From positions 13,954-72,828 of the forward strand of contig DKCH01000057.1 of the NCBI GenBank assembly GCA_002449135.1: 58,875 nucleotides of DNA. The letters run 5' to 3'. Shown here piece by piece: positions 47,427 to 56,352 of this stretch; the first letter of the stretch is position 1, and every line of letters starts with the position of its first letter. Under the pieces are notes generated by a model that saw nothing but the letters and a program-made list of their open reading frames with translations, made no database searches and was not told the origin of the DNA. Source of the DNA: Bacillales bacterium UBA6879 (GTDB taxonomy: Bacteria > Bacillota_I > Bacilli_A > RFN20 > CAG-288). The position numbers were made by a program, and so were the translations under genes.

Positions 47427-49910
47427 TTAATTTCTACCTTTTAAATCATTAATATTAGGACTTTGATTATACCATTTAGCTAAACTTGGATTTAAAGTTA
47501 AATAAGACCAATCATTAAATCCTAAAAGACCAAAAGCAGCTCTTCCCATTCCAATAAGCATAGAATCAATTTTAGCCTGAGTATTATTTATATCAGTATA
47601 TGGTGAACTTTTATCTAAAGTATAAGCGTAAGGGTTTAAAGAAAATTCCTCATTAAAATATGAATTATCATAGAAAATATCAGTAGTATTTAATCCACCA
47701 CCCATTTTAAAAACAGGATTATTAATGTATTTTTTATCTCCATCAGTTTTTAAAATCTTTTCATAATCTTGCTTAATAATTTCTTTTAAAGGAAGATAGT
47801 CGTCAGTAGTAACATTGACAGATCCAACACCACCATGTAAATCAATAAATGCCTCTATATCTTGGAAAATTAAAGAAGAATAATCTAAGGAATCAAAATC
47901 TTTCCAATTATAGAATCTTGTATCACCAGTAATTGTAATTTTACTTGGATAAGAACTTAATGCAAGTTTAGAAGGATAAAGATTCTCAGAATAAATTGCT
48001 AAAATTACCATCGCAATATCCATATTATTTTCTAAATAACTTCCTTGATAATAAGTGTCAGCAGATATTGAAGCAATGCCGCTATTATAAAAGAAAGTAT
48101 TATTAATATTTACACTGCCTTTATAGTTCTTACTACCATCTGAATTATAAAAACCACTATCGTTAAATAAAGCGCTTTGTAAAGCTTTCTGATTATTTAA
48201 GTAATCTTGCTTAGAAAATGGGGTAGGATTAAGTCCAATAAATTGGTATCCTGCTGTATTAGAAAAGGTCGCATAAGTTAAAATACTTTCTGCTTTATAG
48301 CTTGTTAACTCATCAAAATCTTTAACGCGAGCAATATAATCATTAACTGTTGATTCTTTAGTTTCATTTCCTTGTTTATAAGTAATTTTTTTATTTAAAT
48401 CAACTCTATTATATTCATTAGTCCCAGTTCTAACTAAAAACTCATAGGCATTAGAAAGTAAACAATTATCTATATTAAAATTCATAGAAGAATATGAGCG
48501 AATAACATTTCTACCATTAGAAACTAAAGAATTCTTTAATGCAATATTATCTCCATCAACTTCCATTATAGTACCTGTGTATTTTAAGTTTTCCATATTG
48601 TTACCAAAATCACAGCCCTTAAAATTTACACCTTCTAATAAGATATTATTTCCCTTAATATAAAAAGCAGAATTATCTTGTCCATACAAACCAAAAACAG
48701 GCAAATTAACATTTGGATTTAAATCAGTTTCAATTGTTTTAGGAGCTCCTATAGCCATAAACATATTAGGACCTCTAAATAAATCATCATTAGTTAAAAC
48801 AGGCACAATATTTTTTTCACCATTAACAGTTACTTCTTTTTCACCTGATGGATAGACTAAATCATGAGTATTAATAACAAATCCATTACCATAAAAATCT
48901 TTACTGATTTTAATACCAGAATAAATATTAGTTTTAACAGGATAATCTGGATAAGTTTTGTTATATAAATCTAAATATTCTATATTAAAAGTTGAATCAT
49001 GAATACAAATTTCATTTTGGAAATTAAACTTCTTAGTTTCAAAATCAAAATTACCAAAAAGTTCAGTATTCTTAAGACTTTTCTTAACATATTTATCATC
49101 TTTAATATCATAAAGATTATTTAATGACTCTAAATTATTTCTTAAAATAGCAACTTCACCTTCACTAGATAAGTTAGTAGCTAACAATAAATCATTATAA
49201 TTATAAATATTTACACCATCTATAATATTAAATTCATATTCACCTTTAGTAGATTCACTAGTAGAATAAGGATAAGAATACCTAATATTAGCCTTACCAA
49301 AACCAGTATAATTTAATACATTATTAGCTAAATCAATACTTAAATTATCAGATAAATTAAATTCAATAGTATCTTTAGTAATTTTATCATTACCATAAAT
49401 TTCTAAGGAAAAAGGAAAATTTGATTTGACCTTTTTATCATCCTTGAAATCATAAAAACCTACATACTTATTATCAGTAATACCACTTTGAGAAAATTCT
49501 TTAATAGGATTAAAAATAATCGCGCCATCATTTCCATAAACAGTTGCTAAAAAGCTTTTAGAAACATTACCCTTTTCATTTGAACAAGTAACCTTAGTTT
49601 TTCCTTCAGATAATAATTCTAAATAATACGAATCACCAATTTTGCTAATTGTAGCAATTTCTGGATTAGAGCTAAACCAAACTAATGAATTATTACTTCC
49701 TAATGGATACTTTTCATTATATGAATAACTAGATTCTAATTTAATTTTCCCAGCTTTTAAAGAAAAAGCTTCATTATCTTTATAATTCCAATTAATACTA
49801 GAAATATCCTGTTCATTATTTTTAATAATAACAGTAGCAGTTACAAAAGCAAAAATAGAAATAACAAATGGAATAGTTAATAAAAATGGGATAATACTCT
49901 TTTTCATCAT
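47427..49910 (-). CDS. large secreted or anchored protein: Ig-like (Big_2-type) domain plus probable beta-helix region
   Basis: 827 aa. The N-terminal hydrophobic segment ends in ...SIFAFVTAT. The segment LVWFSSNPEIATISKIGDSYYLELLSEGKTKVTCSN...ATVY has the Big_2 pattern. The middle is rich in short N/G-containing strands (YGNGFVINTHDL, GVNFKGCDFGNN, VSNGRNVIRS). 4-nt overlap with the permease gene. Confidence 0.6.
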   Translation of the reverse strand: MMKKSIIPFLLTIPFVISIFAFVTATVIIKNNEQDISSINWNYKDNEAFSLKAGKIKLESSYSYNEKYPLGSNNSLVWFSSNPEIATISKIGDSYYLELLSEGKTKVTCSNEKGNVSKSFLATVYGNDGAIIFNPIKEFSQSGITDNKYVGFYDFKDDKKVKSNFPFSLEIYGNDKITKDTIEFNLSDNLSIDLANNVLNYTGFGKANIRYSYPYSTSESTKGEYEFNIIDGVNIYNYNDLLLATNLSSEGEVAILRNNLESLNNLYDIKDDKYVKKSLKNTELFGNFDFETKKFNFQNEICIHDSTFNIEYLDLYNKTYPDYPVKTNIYSGIKISKDFYGNGFVINTHDLVYPSGEKEVTVNGEKNIVPVLTNDDLFRGPNMFMAIGAPKTIETDLNPNVNLPVFGLYGQDNSAFYIKGNNILLEGVNFKGCDFGNNMENLKYTGTIMEVDGDNIALKNSLVSNGRNVIRSYSSMNFNIDNCLLSNAYEFLVRTGTNEYNRVDLNKKITYKQGNETKESTVNDYIARVKDFDELTSYKAESILTYATFSNTAGYQFIGLNPTPFSKQDYLNNQKALQSALFNDSGFYNSDGSKNYKGSVNINNTFFYNSGIASISADTYYQGSYLENNMDIAMVILAIYSENLYPSKLALSSYPSKITITGDTRFYNWKDFDSLDYSSLIFQDIEAFIDLHGGVGSVNVTTDDYLPLKEIIKQDYEKILKTDGDKKYINNPVFKMGGGLNTTDIFYDNSYFNEEFSLNPYAYTLDKSSPYTDINNTQAKIDSMLIGMGRAAFGLLGFNDWSYLTLNPSLAKWYNQSPNINDLKGRN

Positions 49911-51511
49911 TGACCTCCAAACTCAATAAAAGCTTTAGTTAAACGGCTTTTTATCTTAATTAAATACATTCCTAATAAAGCAATTTCTAAAAATAAAACA
50001 ACTAAATAAAATACAATATCAGTTGGAATAGATAATTTAGGAATCAAAGTAAACAAAACACCAATAAAAACAAAAATTAAAGGCAAAATTAAACTAGTAA
50101 AAGTACCAACAAAATCACTAACTTTAGACTTAACATCCGAAATAGTTGAAGTAATAAATAAAACACTTAAACCTATCAAACCTATAAAAAGTAAAAATAA
50201 CATTGCATAATAAGAAATCAAATTAGTTACAAGCAAAACTAAAACAGTAATAAAATAAGACAAAATAGAAAAACAATAAGGTACTAACATCTTAAAACAT
50301 ATTTGCTTAAGTGGACTTATTGGTAACGACTTAATAAGCTTTAAAGTATTTATTTCCTTTTTTAAAGAAGCTGAAGAATTTGAGTTAAAAATAAGTATAA
50401 AAATTAAAATCAAAAAAGTATCTAAAGCAGAAATAAAATTAGGATACAAACTTTTAATATAAGTTAAATTACCAGTGGAAAAAATTAAATGAATAGATGA
50501 AATAACAAGATAAATTAAGAATGGTTGAATACAAACTAAGAAAACGAAAGAAAAGACACCTTCATCATTTTTGAAAGTTAAACTTAATTCCTTCTTAACT
50601 AAAGCAATAGACTGAGAATTCACTCTAGATTTCCTTTTAAATAAAACAATTTCTTGTTTACTATTTTCACCACTATATAAATAATGTTTATAAAAATAAT
50701 AAAAGCATAATATAGAAATTGAAAACAAAGAGAAAATAAAAATTAGTAGCATTACCAAATTAAAAATAACATTTTCCCTAACCATTAAATCCATCATAAA
50801 ATTAATTGGAAATAAAGAACTAGAAAGATTATTAAGATACTCAATATTATTAATAGTAAATAAATTATCTAAATTAGTAGAGCGAACAACTGAAATAAAA
50901 AAATCTAAAATAACAGAATAAAAATAAGTAAGTAAAAAACCTAAACCTAAAGTCAAAACAACTAAAACAACAGGTAATCTTTTTAAATTCTCATAAATAT
51001 ATTTATAAGGCATAACTAAAAGAAGACTTATAAAAGAAATAATTAAAGAAGAAAAAATAATATTAACAAAAGCTAGAAAATAATATGATACCTGATAATT
51101 ATTAAAGTAAGCTTGTAAAAACAAAAAAGGATAAATAGCTACTATTGAAATTAAAAATATTCTTAAAGTATTAAATAAAACTTTTGAAAAAATAATAGAA
51201 GAAACAGAAATAGGTTTACTTCCCAATATTATTCTTTCTTTTTTATTACCGAAAAATATCTTGTAATACTTAACTATTGAATATAAAATCAAAAAAATGC
51301 AAAAACAAAAATAATAAATGCTAATTAATGAAGAAAATAAACCAACAATATTTCCTATTTTATTATGAAGTTGAATAAACAAATAAGTTTCTAAAAATAT
51401 AATAAAAGCTAGAGAAACTGAAAATGATAAAATCTTTAACAAACGCTTAGATAATTTAAGATTAATAAGATTAAAACTATCAAACTCTCTAACAAATAAA
51501 TCACTAAGCAT
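49907..51511 (-). CDS. ABC exporter permease (large polytopic protein)
   Basis: 534 aa and almost entirely hydrophobic (more than 10 TM segments). 8-nt overlap with the upstream ABC ATPase gene. Confidence 0.65.
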   Translation of the reverse strand: MLSDLFVREFDSFNLINLKLSKRLLKILSFSVSLAFIIFLETYLFIQLHNKIGNIVGLFSSLISIYYFCFCIFLILYSIVKYYKIFFGNKKERIILGSKPISVSSIIFSKVLFNTLRIFLISIVAIYPFLFLQAYFNNYQVSYYFLAFVNIIFSSLIISFISLLLVMPYKYIYENLKRLPVVLVVLTLGLGFLLTYFYSVILDFFISVVRSTNLDNLFTINNIEYLNNLSSSLFPINFMMDLMVRENVIFNLVMLLIFIFSLFSISILCFYYFYKHYLYSGENSKQEIVLFKRKSRVNSQSIALVKKELSLTFKNDEGVFSFVFLVCIQPFLIYLVISSIHLIFSTGNLTYIKSLYPNFISALDTFLILIFILIFNSNSSASLKKEINTLKLIKSLPISPLKQICFKMLVPYCFSILSYFITVLVLLVTNLISYYAMLFLLFIGLIGLSVLFITSTISDVKSKVSDFVGTFTSLILPLIFVFIGVLFTLIPKLSIPTDIVFYLVVLFLEIALLGMYLIKIKSRLTKAFIEFGGQ

Positions 51512-52244
51512 TTTTAGCCCCCACTACTTCAAAGAATTTATCCTCAAGAGTATTTCTAAGATTTGGATCATCTTCTAAATTTAAAATACATTTTATAACA
51601 CCATCATTAATAATTGCGACTCTACTAGCTAGTTTAGAAACTAAATCAATATTATGAGAAGCAATAAAAATACAATTACCTTGGTTTACATAATCTTTCA
51701 TCAATTTTTTAAAAAATATTAAAGTTAAAGCATCAAGTCCTAAAGTTGGTTCATCCATTATCCAAACTTTAGGATTATGAATCAAAGAAGCCATTATACA
51801 TAGCTTTTGTTTCATACCTAATGAATATTCTTTTATTACTCTATTAAGATCCATATAAGGTAATCCTAAATTCTTAGATAAGCTTTCAAGTCTTTTTTCA
51901 AAATCATCTTCAGAAACCTTATAAACAGAAGCAATAAATTCCAAATAAGATAAACCTGACATATCTTCATAAACAGTTGGTTCACTATTTAAATATGAAA
52001 ATGAACTTTTTGCTTCTATTGGTTGTTCTTTTATATCAAAACCATTGATTATTACTTTTCCAGTATTAAAAGATTTTACACCAGTTATACAATCTATTAA
52101 AGTCGATTTTCCAGCACCATTTTTACCTAAATAAGCAAATATTTCACCGCTTTTAACAATTAAAGAAACTCCTTTAATTACTTCTATTTTCCCATCGTAA
52201 GACTTATGTAAATCCTTTATCTCAATTAAATTATCTATTTCCAT
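51504..52244 (-). CDS. ABC transporter ATP-binding protein (BcrA/ABC-2-like)
   Basis: Walker A GKNGAGKST, signature YSLGMKQKL, Walker B VWIMDEPTLGLD, H-loop ASHN. Confidence 0.92.
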   Translation of the reverse strand: MEIDNLIEIKDLHKSYDGKIEVIKGVSLIVKSGEIFAYLGKNGAGKSTLIDCITGVKSFNTGKVIINGFDIKEQPIEAKSSFSYLNSEPTVYEDMSGLSYLEFIASVYKVSEDDFEKRLESLSKNLGLPYMDLNRVIKEYSLGMKQKLCIMASLIHNPKVWIMDEPTLGLDALTLIFFKKLMKDYVNQGNCIFIASHNIDLVSKLASRVAIINDGVIKCILNLEDDPNLRNTLEDKFFEVVGAKNA

Positions 52245-52256
52245 ATTAAGTTCCTC

Positions 52257-54500
52257 TTATTTCATTTTCCAAGTTTTAGAATTTGAATCAAAAATGAATG
52301 AATAATTATTTACATGGTTAGCACCATTATTAGTATCATCTCTTACCCCTTCACCTCTAAATTTAAGTAAAGAATATGTTCCATCTTCTTGCTTTGGAAT
52401 AAATGCCCCTTGGAAATAAATATAGCTTTTACCATTTATTGAATTAAATTCGTGAGTATTATTGTTATAAGTTCCTTCAATAAAACTTCCACTTAAAGAA
52501 TCAGCCTTATTTAAATCATTAGCTTTATAAATATTATCTATATCTTCATTATCGTAAATAAATGCATATTGTTTACCATCCTTACTAGAAATTACACCAG
52601 TAATTGAATCAAAAGTCATTTCTCTATTATCAAAAGCATCCTGATTATTAGAATCTTTAGTTTTTATTATAACTTTTCCATTAGAAATTAAAGGTAATGC
52701 ATTAAACTCAGATATATTTAATCTGCGATTTTTACCATTTCCAAAAATTATATTTGCCACATTACTATCCAATGTTCTATTTGGCCCACTTAAAGCAGTT
52801 GAAGAGAACAAATCTAAATGGGATTGATTTACTAGATTTTTTAATACTTTGATATTTTTAAAATTAATATTACCAGATAATCTATAATTATGATTAAAAT
52901 TATTGTTATTTGAATTTACAAAAAATAATTCACCTTCAAAATCACAAAATGCCTCTCTTTTATCAATACTATTCCAATATTTATCACTTTGACTTTCTAA
53001 ATACATTCTGTTTTCAGCATTATTTGATTTTGTTATGTCCCAAATATTACAATACTTTAATATTTGAGTGTGGTTATAAGCCCTATTTAAAAACATTAAT
53101 CCACCAACAGATTGATATTTTTTTTCATCTATAAGATGGTTGTTAAACATAATCTTTACATTCATGCTTGGCATTGTTAAGATATCACTTATTCCTAAAT
53201 TTATCTTGCTATATTTATCAACAAATAAATAAGTATTATTCATAAAAACTAATAACTGATTTAAATTAAAGCTAGATTTATATAAATAAAATGAATAAAA
53301 AGGTGGTATATAAAAAAGATATTTTTTAGAGGTAAAATTCATCTCACCCCTTAAATTAAATTTTATGTTCCAATTTTCAAAATAAATTTTAGCATTAAAA
53401 GCTTTATATGTGACTTTTTGATTTAGCAAATAATTACCAATAAAATTTTCTTGAAGACTAGAATCAACAGAAAAATTTCTTTCAATATATGAATCTTCTT
53501 CATTTAATTTTGTTTTAATTAAAGTATTATCTAAATTGGTTGAAATTAAATTAATATCGCTAACAACTTGTCCAGATCCACCTAAAGAAATTCTTAGATG
53601 CCCTATAAGACTAGATTGATTTTTTAAAACAATATTAGCTTGTAAATAAGGCATAAAATACAAATTAAATAATGGAGTATTATTAAAATATGCTTCTGGC
53701 ATACTATCCTCATGATACATATCTAAAATAGCAAAAGGAGTTTTTAGACTAGAATTATCAGTTAAAATAATTTTCCCTCCACCAATAGAATCAGTAATTA
53801 AACCATAACTATCTAAAACTGAGTTGTTTGTCAAAATCAAATCATGTCCTTTTAAATCTAAAGTAGCATAGTTAGTAACAATATAACCTTGAGCATGAAC
53901 TTGTCCAAAATTTTTAGAGTTACTACCCCATGATTGAGAACCTGTTATACCACCAATACTTAAGTTGCCATTTAAAATAACATCATTTTCCAATTGAATT
54001 TTTGCTTCTTCTTTATTATTTGTATCTAATTTTATTGTCCAATCAGAAACTGAAAAACCATTACCTGAACTAGAATTATTTAAAACTTTTTTATTATCAT
54101 TATCACTTACTTTTTTCTCTAAGTTTCCTGAATAACCTAAACTAGTTAAATTACTTACATCAGTTAAATTAGTTGGCACTTCACTACTTCCCACAAAAGT
54201 CAAATTAGAATTAACCTTAATATCATCTTTCCCTAAAATAAGATTTTCACTTTTCCATTCTATATAATTACTACCATCAATATATTTAGGAGCATTTCTT
54301 AAACTTAAATCACTTCCTTTTTCAACATATTCAGTTTTTAATATTTGATTATTATATTTGTATTCAACTTTTAACTTATTAGTATTATTATCGTGAATAT
54401 CTAATTTATTATCATTATTAACAACAACAAAAGAAGAATAAGAAATAGATATCGTAGAAAATAAAACAATTAAGGCTTTAAAAATTTTAAACTTTTTCAT
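52257..54500 (-). CDS. large secreted protein with a SipW-type signal (function unknown)
   Basis: 747 aa. N-terminus MKKFKIFKALIVLFSTISISYSSFVVV. The early segment KVEYKYNNQILKTEYVEKGSDLSLRNAPKYIDGSNYIEWKSEN resembles a Listeria-Bacteroides (InlB B-repeat-like) module. The rest is N/S/G-rich and beta-like. RBS GAGGT. Confidence 0.6.
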   Translation of the reverse strand: MKKFKIFKALIVLFSTISISYSSFVVVNNDNKLDIHDNNTNKLKVEYKYNNQILKTEYVEKGSDLSLRNAPKYIDGSNYIEWKSENLILGKDDIKVNSNLTFVGSSEVPTNLTDVSNLTSLGYSGNLEKKVSDNDNKKVLNNSSSGNGFSVSDWTIKLDTNNKEEAKIQLENDVILNGNLSIGGITGSQSWGSNSKNFGQVHAQGYIVTNYATLDLKGHDLILTNNSVLDSYGLITDSIGGGKIILTDNSSLKTPFAILDMYHEDSMPEAYFNNTPLFNLYFMPYLQANIVLKNQSSLIGHLRISLGGSGQVVSDINLISTNLDNTLIKTKLNEEDSYIERNFSVDSSLQENFIGNYLLNQKVTYKAFNAKIYFENWNIKFNLRGEMNFTSKKYLFYIPPFYSFYLYKSSFNLNQLLVFMNNTYLFVDKYSKINLGISDILTMPSMNVKIMFNNHLIDEKKYQSVGGLMFLNRAYNHTQILKYCNIWDITKSNNAENRMYLESQSDKYWNSIDKREAFCDFEGELFFVNSNNNNFNHNYRLSGNINFKNIKVLKNLVNQSHLDLFSSTALSGPNRTLDSNVANIIFGNGKNRRLNISEFNALPLISNGKVIIKTKDSNNQDAFDNREMTFDSITGVISSKDGKQYAFIYDNEDIDNIYKANDLNKADSLSGSFIEGTYNNNTHEFNSINGKSYIYFQGAFIPKQEDGTYSLLKFRGEGVRDDTNNGANHVNNYSFIFDSNSKTWKMK

Positions 54501-55111
54501 ATTTCTACCTCACTACTAACAAAATCAAAAGCTAAAGTAAATTTCCCAAGTAATAAAGAATCAATTTTAAGAAAATCAATATTAAAATTAATAGTTTCAA
54601 TATTATTTTCAACTAAATTTAAAAAGTAAGATGAATCAAATAATTCAGCTGATTTTATAGGTAAACTTAATGTAACTGAATTATTAGTATATTTTTTAAT
54701 ATCATAAAATATTATAGATTTACCATTAATATTAGTTAAACTAAAACATTTAGCATCATATAAGCTACTATCTTTAAAAATATCGTTATCTTTAGTAATA
54801 GTAATTTTAAAATATTTAAATTGATCAGCTTCTTGCTTTTGATTTTCTTCACTATTAAATTTTGTTTTGTCAAATTCAAAAGTAACATTCAGCTCTTTAT
54901 TAATAGGATTATTACCATCTTTTTCAATTCCACTATACTCTTTAAGAGTTAAAAAGGAATAACCATTATTATTTGAAATAATATTTACATCTTCAATATT
55001 TGGATTTATTTCTGTGCCTTGATAATCCATTACAAAAGCAGCAAAAGTTACACTGCAACTTAATATAGTAATAAAGGATAAAGAAAATAAAAGTATTCTA
55101 CTCCTTTTCAT
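54497..55111 (-). CDS. small secreted protein with a SipW-type signal (accessory subunit candidate)
   Basis: 204 aa. N-terminus MKRSRILLFSLSFITILSCSVTFAAFVMD. RBS AAGGAG. 14-nt overlap upstream and 4-nt overlap downstream. Confidence 0.65.
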   Translation of the reverse strand: MKRSRILLFSLSFITILSCSVTFAAFVMDYQGTEINPNIEDVNIISNNNGYSFLTLKEYSGIEKDGNNPINKELNVTFEFDKTKFNSEENQKQEADQFKYFKITITKDNDIFKDSSLYDAKCFSLTNINGKSIIFYDIKKYTNNSVTLSLPIKSAELFDSSYFLNLVENNIETINFNIDFLKIDSLLLGKFTLAFDFVSSEVEI

Positions 55112-55619
55112 TTTTTACTCCTTTTTTACATATTTTAACTATTAAATAAGTTACTATCCCTATTAAAAACAAAATAACTGTAGGGATTAAAGCCAACAAA
55201 ATAACTTCACCAACAAATTTTAATGTAATTAAATAAGCATCATTCTTTAATGGTAAATATAAAATTGAACCTATTCCAAAAGAGAAGAACAAACAATAAG
55301 CAATTAAACACAAAATAGTAGTTATCCAAAAAGGACTTAAAATGTTAGTTCCTTCTTTTTTCGCTTCTATTTTTATAAAAATAAAACCAGCTATAAAAAT
55401 CGCTAAATATATTAAAATCAAACTTAAGAAAGCATAACTAGCACCATTTAAAGTAAATAATTCAAGACCTAAACTTCTAACAATACTAACAAAAAAGTGA
55501 TTTTCAAGTTGATCATAATATGAAGCATTTAAGCCAAAAGAAACTAAAATTGAAAAGATAACAAAAACTAAACTAATTGAAATTAATAAAAGATTTTTTC
55601 TATTTAAAACATCTTTCAT
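55098..55619 (-). CDS. small polytopic membrane protein (function unknown)
   Basis: 173 aa with 4-5 TM segments. ATGA overlap with the signal peptidase gene. Confidence 0.7.
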   Translation of the reverse strand: MKDVLNRKNLLLISISLVFVIFSILVSFGLNASYYDQLENHFFVSIVRSLGLELFTLNGASYAFLSLILIYLAIFIAGFIFIKIEAKKEGTNILSPFWITTILCLIAYCLFFSFGIGSILYLPLKNDAYLITLKFVGEVILLALIPTVILFLIGIVTYLIVKICKKGVKNEKE

Positions 55620-56350
55620 TTAGTCACCTCCGTCTTTTTTAATCTTGCTCTTTTCTCTTTTTCAATTAAGCTTTCTTCCACTGAGTAAGCTATATAAGAG
55701 GAAAAAATTAGACTAACCGCAAGGATTCCATAATTAGATCTTAAGTAAAAAACAACAAATCCTAGATAAGGTATTCTAAAATTAGAATATTTTCCATTAA
55801 TCATTTCTAAATTAACTTTTATAGGATCAACTTGGTCATTAGCATCACCTTTTAAAATCAAATAATCATCATGTATTTCTACTATTCTATGAATAATATT
55901 TATTTCATTAGATTTATAAGAAACAATATCATAAAGTTTAAGATCTTCTAAGGAATTAACCTTTGTTAAAAACACAACATCATATTTATAAAGTCTATTA
56001 TTTAAGTTATTTTCGTCTATATATTTATTTTGCTTATTAACACTAGCCATAGAATTAGAAGCAATAGTTGTAAATTGGAATGGCGCTTTATAAGAAGAAG
56101 TAATTCTACTTAATAAAGAGAATCCAAACAAAACAATAACAATTCCAACTACAACATAATTAATTATGGATAAGACAATATCAAAAATAGACTTTTTTTC
56201 TTCTTTTTTAGATTCTAAAGAAATCTCATTATCCAATTCGCCTTTTTTTATTAAACTTTTTTCTTTAATAAAAGAATAAATCAAATAAGTAATAAAACAA
56301 ATAAAGAGAAAAACAAAGATTCCAAATAAAATCCAAAAAATACTATCCAT
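55616..56350 (-). CDS. signal peptidase I, ER/archaeal (S26B, SipW-like) type
   Basis: 244 aa. Catalytic blocks in SipW order: Ser box TTIASNSMAS, His box INIIHRIVEI, Asp box LILKGDANDQVDP. Hydrophobic anchors at both the N- and C-termini, as in SipW. Confidence 0.75.
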   Translation of the reverse strand: MDSIFWILFGIFVFLFICFITYLIYSFIKEKSLIKKGELDNEISLESKKEEKKSIFDIVLSIINYVVVGIVIVLFGFSLLSRITSSYKAPFQFTTIASNSMASVNKQNKYIDENNLNNRLYKYDVVFLTKVNSLEDLKLYDIVSYKSNEINIIHRIVEIHDDYLILKGDANDQVDPIKVNLEMINGKYSNFRIPYLGFVVFYLRSNYGILAVSLIFSSYIAYSVEESLIEKEKRARLKKTEVTK

Positions 56351-56352
56351 TA

